This document shows positions 18,836 through 28,008 of a DNA stretch of 64,000 nt, piece by piece. The position numbers and the translations under genes were made by a program. Within the stretch, counting starts at the first letter, position 1. Each line of letters opens with the position of its first letter. The stretch is taken from assembly GCA_946409545.1 (NCBI GenBank), contig CAMJWT010000005.1, forward strand, positions 9,708 through 73,707, written 5' to 3'. Origin of the DNA: an uncultured Clostridia bacterium (GTDB lineage: Bacteria; Bacillota_I; Bacilli_A; RF39; UBA660). The notes under the pieces are model-generated. The model did no database searches, was not told where the DNA came from, and saw nothing but the letters and a program-made list of their open reading frames with translations.

Positions 18836-20526
18836 GTTACTATCACCACCACTAGATAATCAAGCTCTTCCATAATTGTAATTTGATAATTGTCTTTCTC
18901 ATATATATATTTTTTATTACTAGCAAGAACTTCTTTAAAACCATTTTTAACTAAGTTATTTCTAAATGAAAGTGACATTTGAATTGTATTAACATAATTA
19001 GCCATATTATTTTGATATCTTAAACTTACAACACCATTATTATAATTAGCTTTAATTAAACGCATATGAATGTTTTCTTCAATCTTAGTAATATCATTTA
19101 TTTCTTTCCATTTACTATCACTTATATTAATATTTTCTCTTTCGACACCATAATTAACATAATAATGATCCTTAAGTTCACTAAATGGTATTACTTTAAT
19201 ACTATTAAAATCAATATTATTAAATTTCTCTTGAACTTCTATTAAAGCTTCATAAGGAACTTCAAGAGATGTTGGACTATTAATTAACATTGATGTACTC
19301 ATACCAATTACATAACCATCGATATTAAAGATAGGACTTCCTTCATCTTGTAAAGATAAGGGGATTGTACTTTGATAATAATCATCATTAGAAACTAATA
19401 ATCCTTTTATTGCGGAATAACTAACAACATTATTGGAAATCGAAATAACTGGATCACCAATTTTAATATCTTTAGATAATTTAACATAACTATCTGTTTC
19501 TTCTACTAATTTTAATAAAGCAATATTAGCTTTTTTATTAACAGTAACAATACCATCAACTTCATATGATTTATTATTACTAAGTACGGTTAATGATTGA
19601 CCATTTTGAAGAGTTCTTAATAAGAAATCCCATGTTGTAACAATTAATCCTTTATTAATAAAGAAACCATTTCCAATAAAGGAACTACCGCCTTCATAAT
19701 TATTATTATAATAAGATATAATTGTAGCTAAATTCTTTCGATTATTCTCATATATTTTATTCAAATCTTCATTCGTAATATTTTTTAATTTATTAGTATT
19801 ATAAATATTATTAATAGATGAATCATATTGAGGGGCTATATTAACTTGATTACTTTTACCATTATTTTTAACAGAATCTAAGTACTCTTCAATTGAATCT
19901 TTCGTTTCACCAACTAAATAATATAATTTATATACACCATTTAATGGTTTGTAATAATAATAAAGAATTAAATTAGTACGAACATCCATATATTCAAGAG
20001 GATTATCAGGATCTTCTTGTTTCATTGTAATATTTGGGAGTAAAACCGCACTTATAATTACATCATTACTTTTAAAAACACGAATATCACCAAATGATGA
20101 ATATTTTATATCAAGTTCATTTATTTGATTAAACATACCTGGAACGGAAAAACCTGAAATAATATCATCTTTATACTCTTGACTATTTTCATCTAAACCT
20201 GTAACACTATTAGGATCTTTAGGAACGACAGGATTATATCTTAGTTTTAGGTATTCATTATGTCTTCGATAAAAATCTTCCGTCTTTTCTTCTTTAAAGT
20301 TCTTAGTACCTAATAGTAAATATGTCGTTTTTTTAGATAAATCAATTATTTCATTACCAACATCATCATATTTTATTTCATAAGATAATTTATACTCATT
20401 AGGGAAACTAGATAAAATATCATCTTCCATATTAAGATTTATTTTATCTTTGACAACAAAAGTATCTGAAGCATAAACAACTATGAAAACAAAAAGAATA
20501 ATTACAAAACATATTTTCTTTTTCAT
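18832..20526 (-). CDS. Signal-anchored protein with a C-terminal-half trypsin/HtrA-like (Trypsin_2) fold, probably catalytically degenerate
   Basis: I trimmed the ORF to MKKKICFVIILFVFIVVYA (GGAGG RBS; the ATG lies 1 nt after the upstream stop). GNGFFINKGLIVTTWDFL ... ANIALLKL ... DEGSPIFNIDGYVIGMS aligns by eye with GSGFII..G.ILTNAHVV / DLALLK / GNSGGPL. Confidence 0.55.
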   Translation of the reverse strand: MKKKICFVIILFVFIVVYASDTFVVKDKINLNMEDDILSSFPNEYKLSYEIKYDDVGNEIIDLSKKTTYLLLGTKNFKEEKTEDFYRRHNEYLKLRYNPVVPKDPNSVTGLDENSQEYKDDIISGFSVPGMFNQINELDIKYSSFGDIRVFKSNDVIISAVLLPNITMKQEDPDNPLEYMDVRTNLILYYYYKPLNGVYKLYYLVGETKDSIEEYLDSVKNNGKSNQVNIAPQYDSSINNIYNTNKLKNITNEDLNKIYENNRKNLATIISYYNNNYEGGSSFIGNGFFINKGLIVTTWDFLLRTLQNGQSLTVLSNNKSYEVDGIVTVNKKANIALLKLVEETDSYVKLSKDIKIGDPVISISNNVVSYSAIKGLLVSNDDYYQSTIPLSLQDEGSPIFNIDGYVIGMSTSMLINSPTSLEVPYEALIEVQEKFNNIDFNSIKVIPFSELKDHYYVNYGVERENINISDSKWKEINDITKIEENIHMRLIKANYNNGVVSLRYQNNMANYVNTIQMSLSFRNNLVKNGFKEVLASNKKYIYEKDNYQITIMEELDYLVVVIVT

Positions 20527-20527
20527 A

Positions 20528-21634
20528 TTATGCCTCCACATACTTCTTAAGTATACGCATAATATACTTACTAGGAAGTGACGCCTTATCATCATTTAGA
20601 TAAACATCGTGGAAAGCTTCCGCAATCGTTTCATCATAAATATACTTACCACTTTCATCTTTAGATAAAGCATATTTAGATATTTCTTCTCTCCATTTAT
20701 CAAATTCTATTTTTTTATTACCTTCAGATAAATATAATTCATAAGCTTCATCAAGCATCTTTTTACTAAATTCACCATTTGAAAAATTATCAATTAAAAC
20801 ATAAGCTTCTTTAACATTACTATTATTAAAAAGTAAAGATTGTGTTATTTTATAATATTTACGCATAGCAAAAAAAGATAAATAATGGCCTAGTTCATGA
20901 GCAACAGGAGAAGCCTTTGTTGAATTAGGTGGAAAATGACCAGATAAAGATGAATTCTTAGTAGATTCTTCAAGTAAAGAATTATTTAAGAAGAATCTTG
21001 AATTTAAAACAACTCTCATTTTATAAACAATACTATTATCCCCTTCAGCGAATGGGAAAAGTGGTTGATAATAAGCAATTACACCTTTCATTCGACTGTC
21101 CATATTACCTATTGTTAAATTAGTTATATTACCTTTAACTTTAGGGAATAATTCATATACTTTCGTCATTGCTTTATATAATTCATTTGCTAAATTAATA
21201 TCAATTTCACATAAATTAACTGCCGTAATATCAAAATCATTCATCATTTTTTCTTCAATCTTAAGAATTTCTGTTGGACAAGAATCTTTTTGTGATTTAG
21301 AATCTTTTCTAATTAATTCATAAGCTTCTTCTACATTACTTACAGTTGAATTAGAATATGTATTATTTATTTCTACAACTGTTTGATTAGTATTACGAGA
21401 ACTCTCTACAGAACTTGAAGTAGTTGGGTTTATAGAAATATAGTATGCATTGTGAGTATTATGATAAGAAATAAAAAGTACGCCAAAGAATAACAATAGG
21501 CCAACAACAAAGCCCATTATTATATATTTTTTGTTATTAGATTTTTCATTATTATCCTTAATAATTTTATTCCCACAATTACTACAAAAATTACATTCAG
21601 GAGTTAAATTATTACCACAATTTGGACAATACAT
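20528..21634 (-). CDS. Zinc-ribbon / TM / extracellular HExxH metallopeptidase-like protein
   Basis: MYCPNCGNNL..CNFCSNCGN forms the zinc ribbon. The TM is IIMGFVVGLLLFFGVLFISY. The ectodomain carries VAHELGHYLSF (HExxH). A GGGTGA RBS precedes the ATG at 21634. Confidence 0.6.
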   Translation of the reverse strand: MYCPNCGNNLTPECNFCSNCGNKIIKDNNEKSNNKKYIIMGFVVGLLLFFGVLFISYHNTHNAYYISINPTTSSSVESSRNTNQTVVEINNTYSNSTVSNVEEAYELIRKDSKSQKDSCPTEILKIEEKMMNDFDITAVNLCEIDINLANELYKAMTKVYELFPKVKGNITNLTIGNMDSRMKGVIAYYQPLFPFAEGDNSIVYKMRVVLNSRFFLNNSLLEESTKNSSLSGHFPPNSTKASPVAHELGHYLSFFAMRKYYKITQSLLFNNSNVKEAYVLIDNFSNGEFSKKMLDEAYELYLSEGNKKIEFDKWREEISKYALSKDESGKYIYDETIAEAFHDVYLNDDKASLPSKYIMRILKKYVEA

Positions 21635-21671
21635 TCTAATCACCCTATTCTAATAAAATTTTACCACAAAA

Positions 21672-21698
21672 AAAGTAATTATTAAACATAATTACTTT
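21672..21698 (-). terminator. Intrinsic terminator after the C11-peptidase gene
   Basis: Hairpin AAAGTAATTAT-taaac-ATAATTACTTT 3' of the stop at 21706. Confidence 0.55.
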
Positions 21699-21705
21699 TT
21701 AATTT

Positions 21706-23991
21706 TTATTTAATTTTATTTAATGATGTATAGTGTACATTGTTGTTAGTATCATATACTTCTAACATAACATAGTAATCACCATTTTCAAGATTTGTAA
21801 TCTTTGTTTCTACATCATCTTTAGCAAAGTCAATTTTTTCTTCAGTAACTGTTTCTTTCCATTTAGAATCAACTTTATTACCAAAATTATAACTATATGA
21901 ACTAAAGTAATATTTACCATAATCAGCTAAATTTAATAATGCCATTGAAACACTCTTATCAGTTTTTGATTTCTTAGTAGCACTTACTAATTTACCATTT
22001 TCATCAAAACCATATGTAACAGCGTCAGTATCTTTAACTTCGCCTTCTTTAGCTAAATAACCATGAGCACGATAACTTTCATTAGTATAATCGGTATAGA
22101 TATAACTATCTTTTAACATGATATATCCTTCACCAAGATTAATTGTTAAATCATTGCCATTTAAGATTACATTATCACCATATTTAATTTCTTGATATTT
22201 ATCACCTTTCTTTTCGAACACATGATACTTAACAGAAATAATATCTTCTTTCTCATCATCAGCTAAATTTAATTTTAAAATCTTGTTAGCAATTGAAATA
22301 TTATTTTTAAAGTGTCCATTATCAAGTTGTAACATTGCAGATGAAGTTGATGCAGATGCTAATTTAAAGTTAAAGTCTTTTATAAATTTACCATATTTAG
22401 GATCAAAATTTTGTTTTTCATAATAAGCAACAAAGCTTTCTCTCATAGATTTATCAGCTCTATAAGGGAAATAAATAGACATACATTTTGAATTGTTTTT
22501 ACCAATAGAGTTTGTGTAGCAGTTAACTACTACTTTATTAAATGTTGATAATAACTTACTACTATTATAAGTAGATTTATCTTTAAGATTATCAACTAAT
22601 TTGTATAAGTCAATAACATCAAATGCAGGTTCTCCACCTAACATTGCGTATTGATATAATCCATTACGAACACGAGATATTGTATAATAATTAGTATTAA
22701 CATTAATTCCTTCGAAGAAACTTCCAACTTCTCGTTCTAATTCGGCCATATTTGATAAATCAACTGTAGCATAAGCCATAACCATATTTCTAAATTCTGA
22801 ACTTGCTTTTACAACAGCTGTATTAGCTGTATTGTTATAATATGATTCAGCAAATTTGTTACCAACAGTGATGAAATCCATATCACCAGTAATATCATTT
22901 AAGAAATCAAGTACATGGATAGAACTACCACCTAAAGTCATTTCTTCAGAAGCAACCATATAATCTGCATAATCTTTTAATACTGTTGCAACTTCATAGT
23001 TACCATTTAAACACGTTCTAAAAATAATACCTTCTAATTTATTAGCTGAATTAAATGGACTAGTTGAAAATGCTTGTTTGAAATGTGGTAATTGCATAAA
23101 TGATCCTTCATAGTGATCATCGGTTATTGCACCTTGCCATGCACCACCATGTGAATAAATAATTAAATCATACTTTTCAGCTTTATAATTTTTATAAGCA
23201 TAATTTAAGAAATCACTTAAAGTCGTTGGTAAAGACATATTTAAAGTTTGATATGATTTTTTCTTTACAAGACCAGATTTTGTTAATTCATAAATAGCAT
23301 TTTCATTAGCACTAAATTCATTATGCCATAACTTCGTTCCACCGGCATAAATAACAACATTCATATTATCTAAATCAACACGGGATGGAATAATAGAATT
23401 CAAATCACTTGTTACGGCTGCAACTTCTGATTCAAGATTTGATGCTGATATATAAATCATCATTGTTCTCTTTTTCGTTCCACCGCCACCAATACCATTA
23501 GAAGCTAAGAAAATAACTAAACCAACAACGGCTACTAATCCAAGAAGCGCAAATGCACCCATTCCGCTTTTCTTTCTAGGAGGAACATAACCTCCCATTG
23601 GTTGCATTGGAGCCTGATATACAGGTTGGCCTGGATTAACAGGTCGCATTGGGGCAACACCATTCATTGGTTGAATTGGTGTTATTGCAGGTTGCATTGG
23701 AGCAGCCTGATTCATTTGTTGAACTGGCCTTACTTGAGGTTGAACCGGAATAGCCTGGTTCATTTGTTGAACTGGTGTAACTTGAGGTTGAACTGGAGTA
23801 GCTTGATTCATTTGTTGAACAGGAGCTACTTGTGTTTGAACCGGAGAAACACCATTTGCTTGTTGCATTGGAGTTACTGTCGTTGCTTGATTTGGAACTT
23901 GACCCATGATTTCAGTATTTAATGGATTACCACAAGCAACACAAAACTTTGTTCCTTCTTCATTTTTATTTCCACATCTAGTGCAAAACAT
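21706..23991 (-). CDS. Zinc-ribbon / Q,P-rich repeat / TM / clostripain-like (peptidase C11) protein
   Basis: MFCTRCGNKN..CVACGNP forms the zinc ribbon, followed by tandem (T/A)PVQPQVTPVQQMNQA units. The TM is AFALLGLVAVVGLVIFLA. The ectodomain has IIYSHGGAWQG and IIFRTCLNG, which match the C11 His-Gly / Cys dyad context. Confidence 0.65.
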   Translation of the reverse strand: MFCTRCGNKNEEGTKFCVACGNPLNTEIMGQVPNQATTVTPMQQANGVSPVQTQVAPVQQMNQATPVQPQVTPVQQMNQAIPVQPQVRPVQQMNQAAPMQPAITPIQPMNGVAPMRPVNPGQPVYQAPMQPMGGYVPPRKKSGMGAFALLGLVAVVGLVIFLASNGIGGGGTKKRTMMIYISASNLESEVAAVTSDLNSIIPSRVDLDNMNVVIYAGGTKLWHNEFSANENAIYELTKSGLVKKKSYQTLNMSLPTTLSDFLNYAYKNYKAEKYDLIIYSHGGAWQGAITDDHYEGSFMQLPHFKQAFSTSPFNSANKLEGIIFRTCLNGNYEVATVLKDYADYMVASEEMTLGGSSIHVLDFLNDITGDMDFITVGNKFAESYYNNTANTAVVKASSEFRNMVMAYATVDLSNMAELEREVGSFFEGINVNTNYYTISRVRNGLYQYAMLGGEPAFDVIDLYKLVDNLKDKSTYNSSKLLSTFNKVVVNCYTNSIGKNNSKCMSIYFPYRADKSMRESFVAYYEKQNFDPKYGKFIKDFNFKLASASTSSAMLQLDNGHFKNNISIANKILKLNLADDEKEDIISVKYHVFEKKGDKYQEIKYGDNVILNGNDLTINLGEGYIMLKDSYIYTDYTNESYRAHGYLAKEGEVKDTDAVTYGFDENGKLVSATKKSKTDKSVSMALLNLADYGKYYFSSYSYNFGNKVDSKWKETVTEEKIDFAKDDVETKITNLENGDYYVMLEVYDTNNNVHYTSLNKIK
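23600..23890 (-). repeat. Imperfect tandem ~48-nt coding repeats (PVQ/QQMNQA units)
   Basis: GTTGAACTGG..CTTGAGGTTGAAC..TGATTCATTTGTTGAAC-type units recur on the plus strand. The peptide repeats are QVAPVQQMNQATPVQP / QVTPVQQMNQAIPVQP / QVRPVQQMNQAAPMQP. Confidence 0.75.
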
Positions 23992-24049
23992 AACACACCT
24001 ACCTTATCATAACCATCATACCATTTATGTATTTAAAAAGATAGTGAAT

Positions 24050-24817
24050 TTATTCATTTTCACTATCTTTTTTTTCTTGATTTACATTTTCAATCATATC
24101 AGGCATTTTCTTAATAGCATTTTTATTATGTAAGAAATCTTCAATCAACTTTATAGCTTCATATGTTAAACTTTCTCGAAAAACATCATGAGTAATATTT
24201 TCTAAATGAACAATTTTCTTATATGGATTATCTAGTTGTTCATAAATAAGATTAATAGCCTCTTCTGGAACAATTTCATCACTAGTTCCTCTAATAATTA
24301 AAGTTGGTATATGAACATCTTTACATGTTTCTTCATTTTCTTTAACAATCTTTCTAAATTCAATCACATAAGTTGTTGGTAGTTTAAAAAATCTACTAGC
24401 AACAAGTTTAAATCCATATTGACTTAAAATCTTTTGGCCTTTTACAATTGAGTTTTTAACACTAAAGGTTCCATCTTCAAAACCAATATGACGAAATGCA
24501 GGGGCAACTAAAACCAGTTTTTTAATCTCTTTATATTTACTTGCTAAATAAGAAGCAATTACACCACCCATTGAATGACCAATAACATATATTGTTTGAT
24601 AACCATGATTAATTAAAAACTCTACTTCACTTTCAGCTTTAGAAATCCATTCTGTATACTTAATATCACGATCAGTTACTCCTTCATGACCTGGAAGGGT
24701 AAATGTAAATACATCATAATTCCATTTAAGTTCAAGTTCATGATAAAGTTTTTCTTGATCATATACTCCACCAGCAAACCCATGAACAATTAATATTGCT
24801 TTTCTAAATAATTTCAT
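24050..24817 (-). CDS. Alpha/beta hydrolase (esterase / lysophospholipase-like)
   Basis: LIVHGFAGG plus the nucleophile elbow GHSMGG, and a C-terminal D..H (GTSDEIV; THDV). Length is 255 aa. Confidence 0.7.
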   Translation of the reverse strand: MKLFRKAILIVHGFAGGVYDQEKLYHELELKWNYDVFTFTLPGHEGVTDRDIKYTEWISKAESEVEFLINHGYQTIYVIGHSMGGVIASYLASKYKEIKKLVLVAPAFRHIGFEDGTFSVKNSIVKGQKILSQYGFKLVASRFFKLPTTYVIEFRKIVKENEETCKDVHIPTLIIRGTSDEIVPEEAINLIYEQLDNPYKKIVHLENITHDVFRESLTYEAIKLIEDFLHNKNAIKKMPDMIENVNQEKKDSENE

Positions 24818-24820
24818 TTT

Positions 24821-26404
24821 TTATTCCTTTCTAAAATAAGCTCCGATACATTCAGAAACTTTTATTCCATCAATAGCTGCTGATGTAATACCACCAGCAT
24901 AACCACATCCTTCTCCACAAGGATAGATTCCTTTAATATTACTTTCTAAGTTTTCATCTCTTATAATCCTAATTGGTGAACTAGTACGACTTTCAACACC
25001 AGCTAAGATACAATCAGGATTATTAAAACCTTTTATCTTTTTATCAAAATAAGCAAATGATTCATGTAAAGATTTATTAATATCATCACTAAATAATTTA
25101 TTTAAATTAGCAAAAGTATATTTACCCATAAAAATAGGATTTATACTTTTAAAAGAATTACTTTCCCTATTATTTAAATAATCTCCTAATAATTGAATAG
25201 GAATATGACCATTTCCTAATGAATAAGCACACTTCTCTAATTTCTTTTGAAACTCGATACCATCAAATAAATTATCACCGTAATCATCTTTATTAACAGT
25301 TACTATTATAGCACTATTACTATTTTCACTATCACGATTATGATTACTCATACCATTAACTACTAAATGATTTTCTTCACTACTAGCATTAATAACATAA
25401 CCACCAGGACACATACAAAAGGAATATACTCCTTTATTATTACTAGCTTTATAAGTTAATTTATAACTAGCATTATCTAAATATTTAGCATATTTACCAT
25501 ATTGACTTTCATTAATAAACTTTTGTTTATGTTGAATTCTTACACCAACAGCAAAAGGTTTCGATTCCATATCTAATTTATTATCATTTAGCATATATAT
25601 TGTATCACGAGCAGAATGACCAATTGCTAAAACAACACAATTTGTATCAATTTCAATATTATCATTTACAACAATACCTTTAAGACAATTATTCTCTATT
25701 ATTAAATTAGTTAATTTTGTATTAAATCGAAATTCTCCACCCATTGATATAATCTTATTTCGTAAATTAACAATAACACTACGTAATAAATCTGTACCAA
25801 TATGAGGATGATTACTATAAAGAATATTTTTAGGAGCCCCACAATCAATAAAAGTTTCCATAACCATTCTCCCACGATTATTAATATCTTTAATTAAAGT
25901 ATTTAATTTACCATCAGAGAAGGTTCCCGCTCCACCTTCACCAAAAGAAATATTACTTTCACAATTTAATTTATTTGTTTCAAAGAAAATATTAACATCA
26001 TTAACTCTTTCTTCAATACATTTACCTCTTTCAATAATTAATGGTTTATATCCCATACATACTAAATTATAGGCACAAAACAAGCCTGCTGGACCACTAC
26101 CCACTATTATTGGTCTATTAATAAGTTCATTAGTTCCAGTACTAATAAATTTATACTTTCTATTTGGTGCAACACTAACATCTTTATATTTTTTCTTTAA
26201 AATAATATTTTCATTTTTAACATTTATATCAACTTCATAGACAATCATAATATTATTTTTATCACGAGCATCTATTGATTCACGAATTATTTTTATTTCT
26301 AATAAATCTTCTTTATTTATTTTTAATCTATTTATAATTTTATTTTTTAATTCATCATAATTATTATTCAATAAATTAATTTTAATATTTTTGATATTAA
26401 TCAT
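24821..26404 (-). CDS. FAD-dependent oxidoreductase (COG2509-like uncharacterized dehydrogenase)
   Basis: It has a dinucleotide fold (IIVGSGPAGLFCAYNL) and C-terminal GIYPCGEGCGYAGGITSAA. I trimmed the start to 26404, which has an AGGTGA RBS. Confidence 0.65.
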   Translation of the reverse strand: MINIKNIKINLLNNNYDELKNKIINRLKINKEDLLEIKIIRESIDARDKNNIMIVYEVDINVKNENIILKKKYKDVSVAPNRKYKFISTGTNELINRPIIVGSGPAGLFCAYNLVCMGYKPLIIERGKCIEERVNDVNIFFETNKLNCESNISFGEGGAGTFSDGKLNTLIKDINNRGRMVMETFIDCGAPKNILYSNHPHIGTDLLRSVIVNLRNKIISMGGEFRFNTKLTNLIIENNCLKGIVVNDNIEIDTNCVVLAIGHSARDTIYMLNDNKLDMESKPFAVGVRIQHKQKFINESQYGKYAKYLDNASYKLTYKASNNKGVYSFCMCPGGYVINASSEENHLVVNGMSNHNRDSENSNSAIIVTVNKDDYGDNLFDGIEFQKKLEKCAYSLGNGHIPIQLLGDYLNNRESNSFKSINPIFMGKYTFANLNKLFSDDINKSLHESFAYFDKKIKGFNNPDCILAGVESRTSSPIRIIRDENLESNIKGIYPCGEGCGYAGGITSAAIDGIKVSECIGAYFRKE

Positions 26405-27575
26405 TATGATCACCTATTGCTAAAGCTGCAAGATAGCCTGTTATAAAAGCAAAAGACATATTATAACCGCCACAAATACCATCAACATCTAATATTTCTC
26501 CTGTTATATAAATATTAGGTACAACAAGAGATTCCATTGTCTTTTCATTAACTTCAGATAGAGGTACTCCTCCTGTACAAACTTGCGCATTTGAGTAATC
26601 ATTACTACCTATTACATCAACACGAAAATCATTTATTATTTTACTTAGTCTTTCTTTCTCTTCTTTTGTTAAATCATTATAATAACGATTACCATCAATA
26701 TTACTTAGTTTTAAAAACAAATTAATTAATTTTTTATTAAAAATAGTCTTTAAACTATTAATAAGAGGTTCATCAATATTACGTTTATCCATAAACTCTT
26801 TAAAATCTTTTTGAAAGAAATCAATCGTTACATAAAAATCTAAATTCTTTGATAAAGCTTTATTAGCTATTCCACTTATATCAAAGACACAAATTCCACT
26901 TATACCATCCCTAGCTAGTTGAATTTCGCCAACACTTTCTTTTCTTAAGCGATTGTTAATAATTAATCTTACTTTAGCTTGACTTCTAACACCATCCCAA
27001 TCATTTAAATATGTTCCACGACATTTTAATTTAGTTAAAGCTGGAAATACGGGATTAATCGTATGAGTTAATCCTTTTAATAAAAAATATGAATTACATT
27101 CTTTAACGGATGCAAGGCTTCCTGAACTAATAATTAATTTATCACAAGTAAGATCCCGATTAGTTGTTTCTAAATAAATCTTTTTATTAACAATACTTAC
27201 TTCGGTTACTTCTTCATTTAATAAAACTTCTACACCTTTAAGATTGTTTACCAAAACATCTCTTATACTACTAGCTTCTCTACTATTAGGATAATAATAA
27301 CCATCTTTAATTGTGGGATAAATTCCTAATGAGAATAAATAATTAAGACAATCTTCTTGATTAGATAAAATACTATCTAATTTATCTTTATCATCAGTTT
27401 CATAAAAATAACTTTCTAAATTAGTATGCCAAAAATTACATTTACCATTACCAGTTTTTAGTATCTTCTTACCACATTCATTATTCTTTTCAATAAGAAT
27501 AACTTCATGTTTGTGTCTTAAAATAGAAGCTGCTAGCATACCTGATACACCAGCACCAACAATAACTATTTTCAT
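26397..27575 (-). CDS. HI0933/BaiN-like flavoprotein (aminoacetone-oxidase family FAD-binding enzyme)
   Basis: KIVIVGAGVSGMLAA, TGNGKCNF, VCTGGV and ITGEILDVDGICGGYN are typical of the HI0933-like family. Confidence 0.7.
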   Translation of the reverse strand: MKIVIVGAGVSGMLAASILRHKHEVILIEKNNECGKKILKTGNGKCNFWHTNLESYFYETDDKDKLDSILSNQEDCLNYLFSLGIYPTIKDGYYYPNSREASSIRDVLVNNLKGVEVLLNEEVTEVSIVNKKIYLETTNRDLTCDKLIISSGSLASVKECNSYFLLKGLTHTINPVFPALTKLKCRGTYLNDWDGVRSQAKVRLIINNRLRKESVGEIQLARDGISGICVFDISGIANKALSKNLDFYVTIDFFQKDFKEFMDKRNIDEPLINSLKTIFNKKLINLFLKLSNIDGNRYYNDLTKEEKERLSKIINDFRVDVIGSNDYSNAQVCTGGVPLSEVNEKTMESLVVPNIYITGEILDVDGICGGYNMSFAFITGYLAALAIGDHND

Positions 27576-27603
27576 ACAGTCTCCTTATTCTTCTTAAATT
27601 ATA

Positions 27604-28008
27604 TCACTCATTAAAAATGATATCATATATGTCATCTAAATTAATTTCTTTTTTATCGATAAAAACAATTTTTTTGTTTGCAATATCTATCTTTCTTATG
27701 TTACCTTTATATTCTTTGTAACTACCACCATTTTTTTTAATATCTTTTATAAAATAATAAACAATTATTTCTGGTTTTTCTTTTATATGTTCCATAATTA
27801 TTTGCAATTTCATATCAATAATTGATTTCATATCTTCTGACAATAGTTTTTTTTCTTCTGTTAATCTTGATGTTTCATTTATAGAATCAGCAAATCCTGT
27901 TAAAGCCGCAAATGGCGAAAAAGTAGAAGCTCGAGATTCTATAGACATTCTTTGATGTTTTTTAAATTCAAAATGAGGAATATTAATAATATCACTATAT
28001 TGATTCAT
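27604..28008 (-). CDS. YolD-like protein (accessory to Y-family polymerase)
   Basis: 134 aa. It overlaps the stop of the upstream Y-family polymerase gene by 4 nt, which is the usual position and size for YolD-like genes. The sequence similarity itself is judged only loosely. Confidence 0.45.
   Translation of the reverse strand: MNQYSDIINIPHFEFKKHQRMSIESRASTFSPFAALTGFADSINETSRLTEEKKLLSEDMKSIIDMKLQIIMEHIKEKPEIIVYYFIKDIKKNGGSYKEYKGNIRKIDIANKKIVFIDKKEINLDDIYDIIFNE

Noticed and set aside
23602-24133. Plus-strand ORFs 23602-23922 and 23906-24133, which have striking internal repeats (LNW..LRLN units).
   Set aside because: The repeats are the antisense image of the in-frame PVQ/QQMNQA coding repeats of the C11-peptidase gene. 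The second ORF runs through an intergenic region into the esterase gene on the wrong strand.
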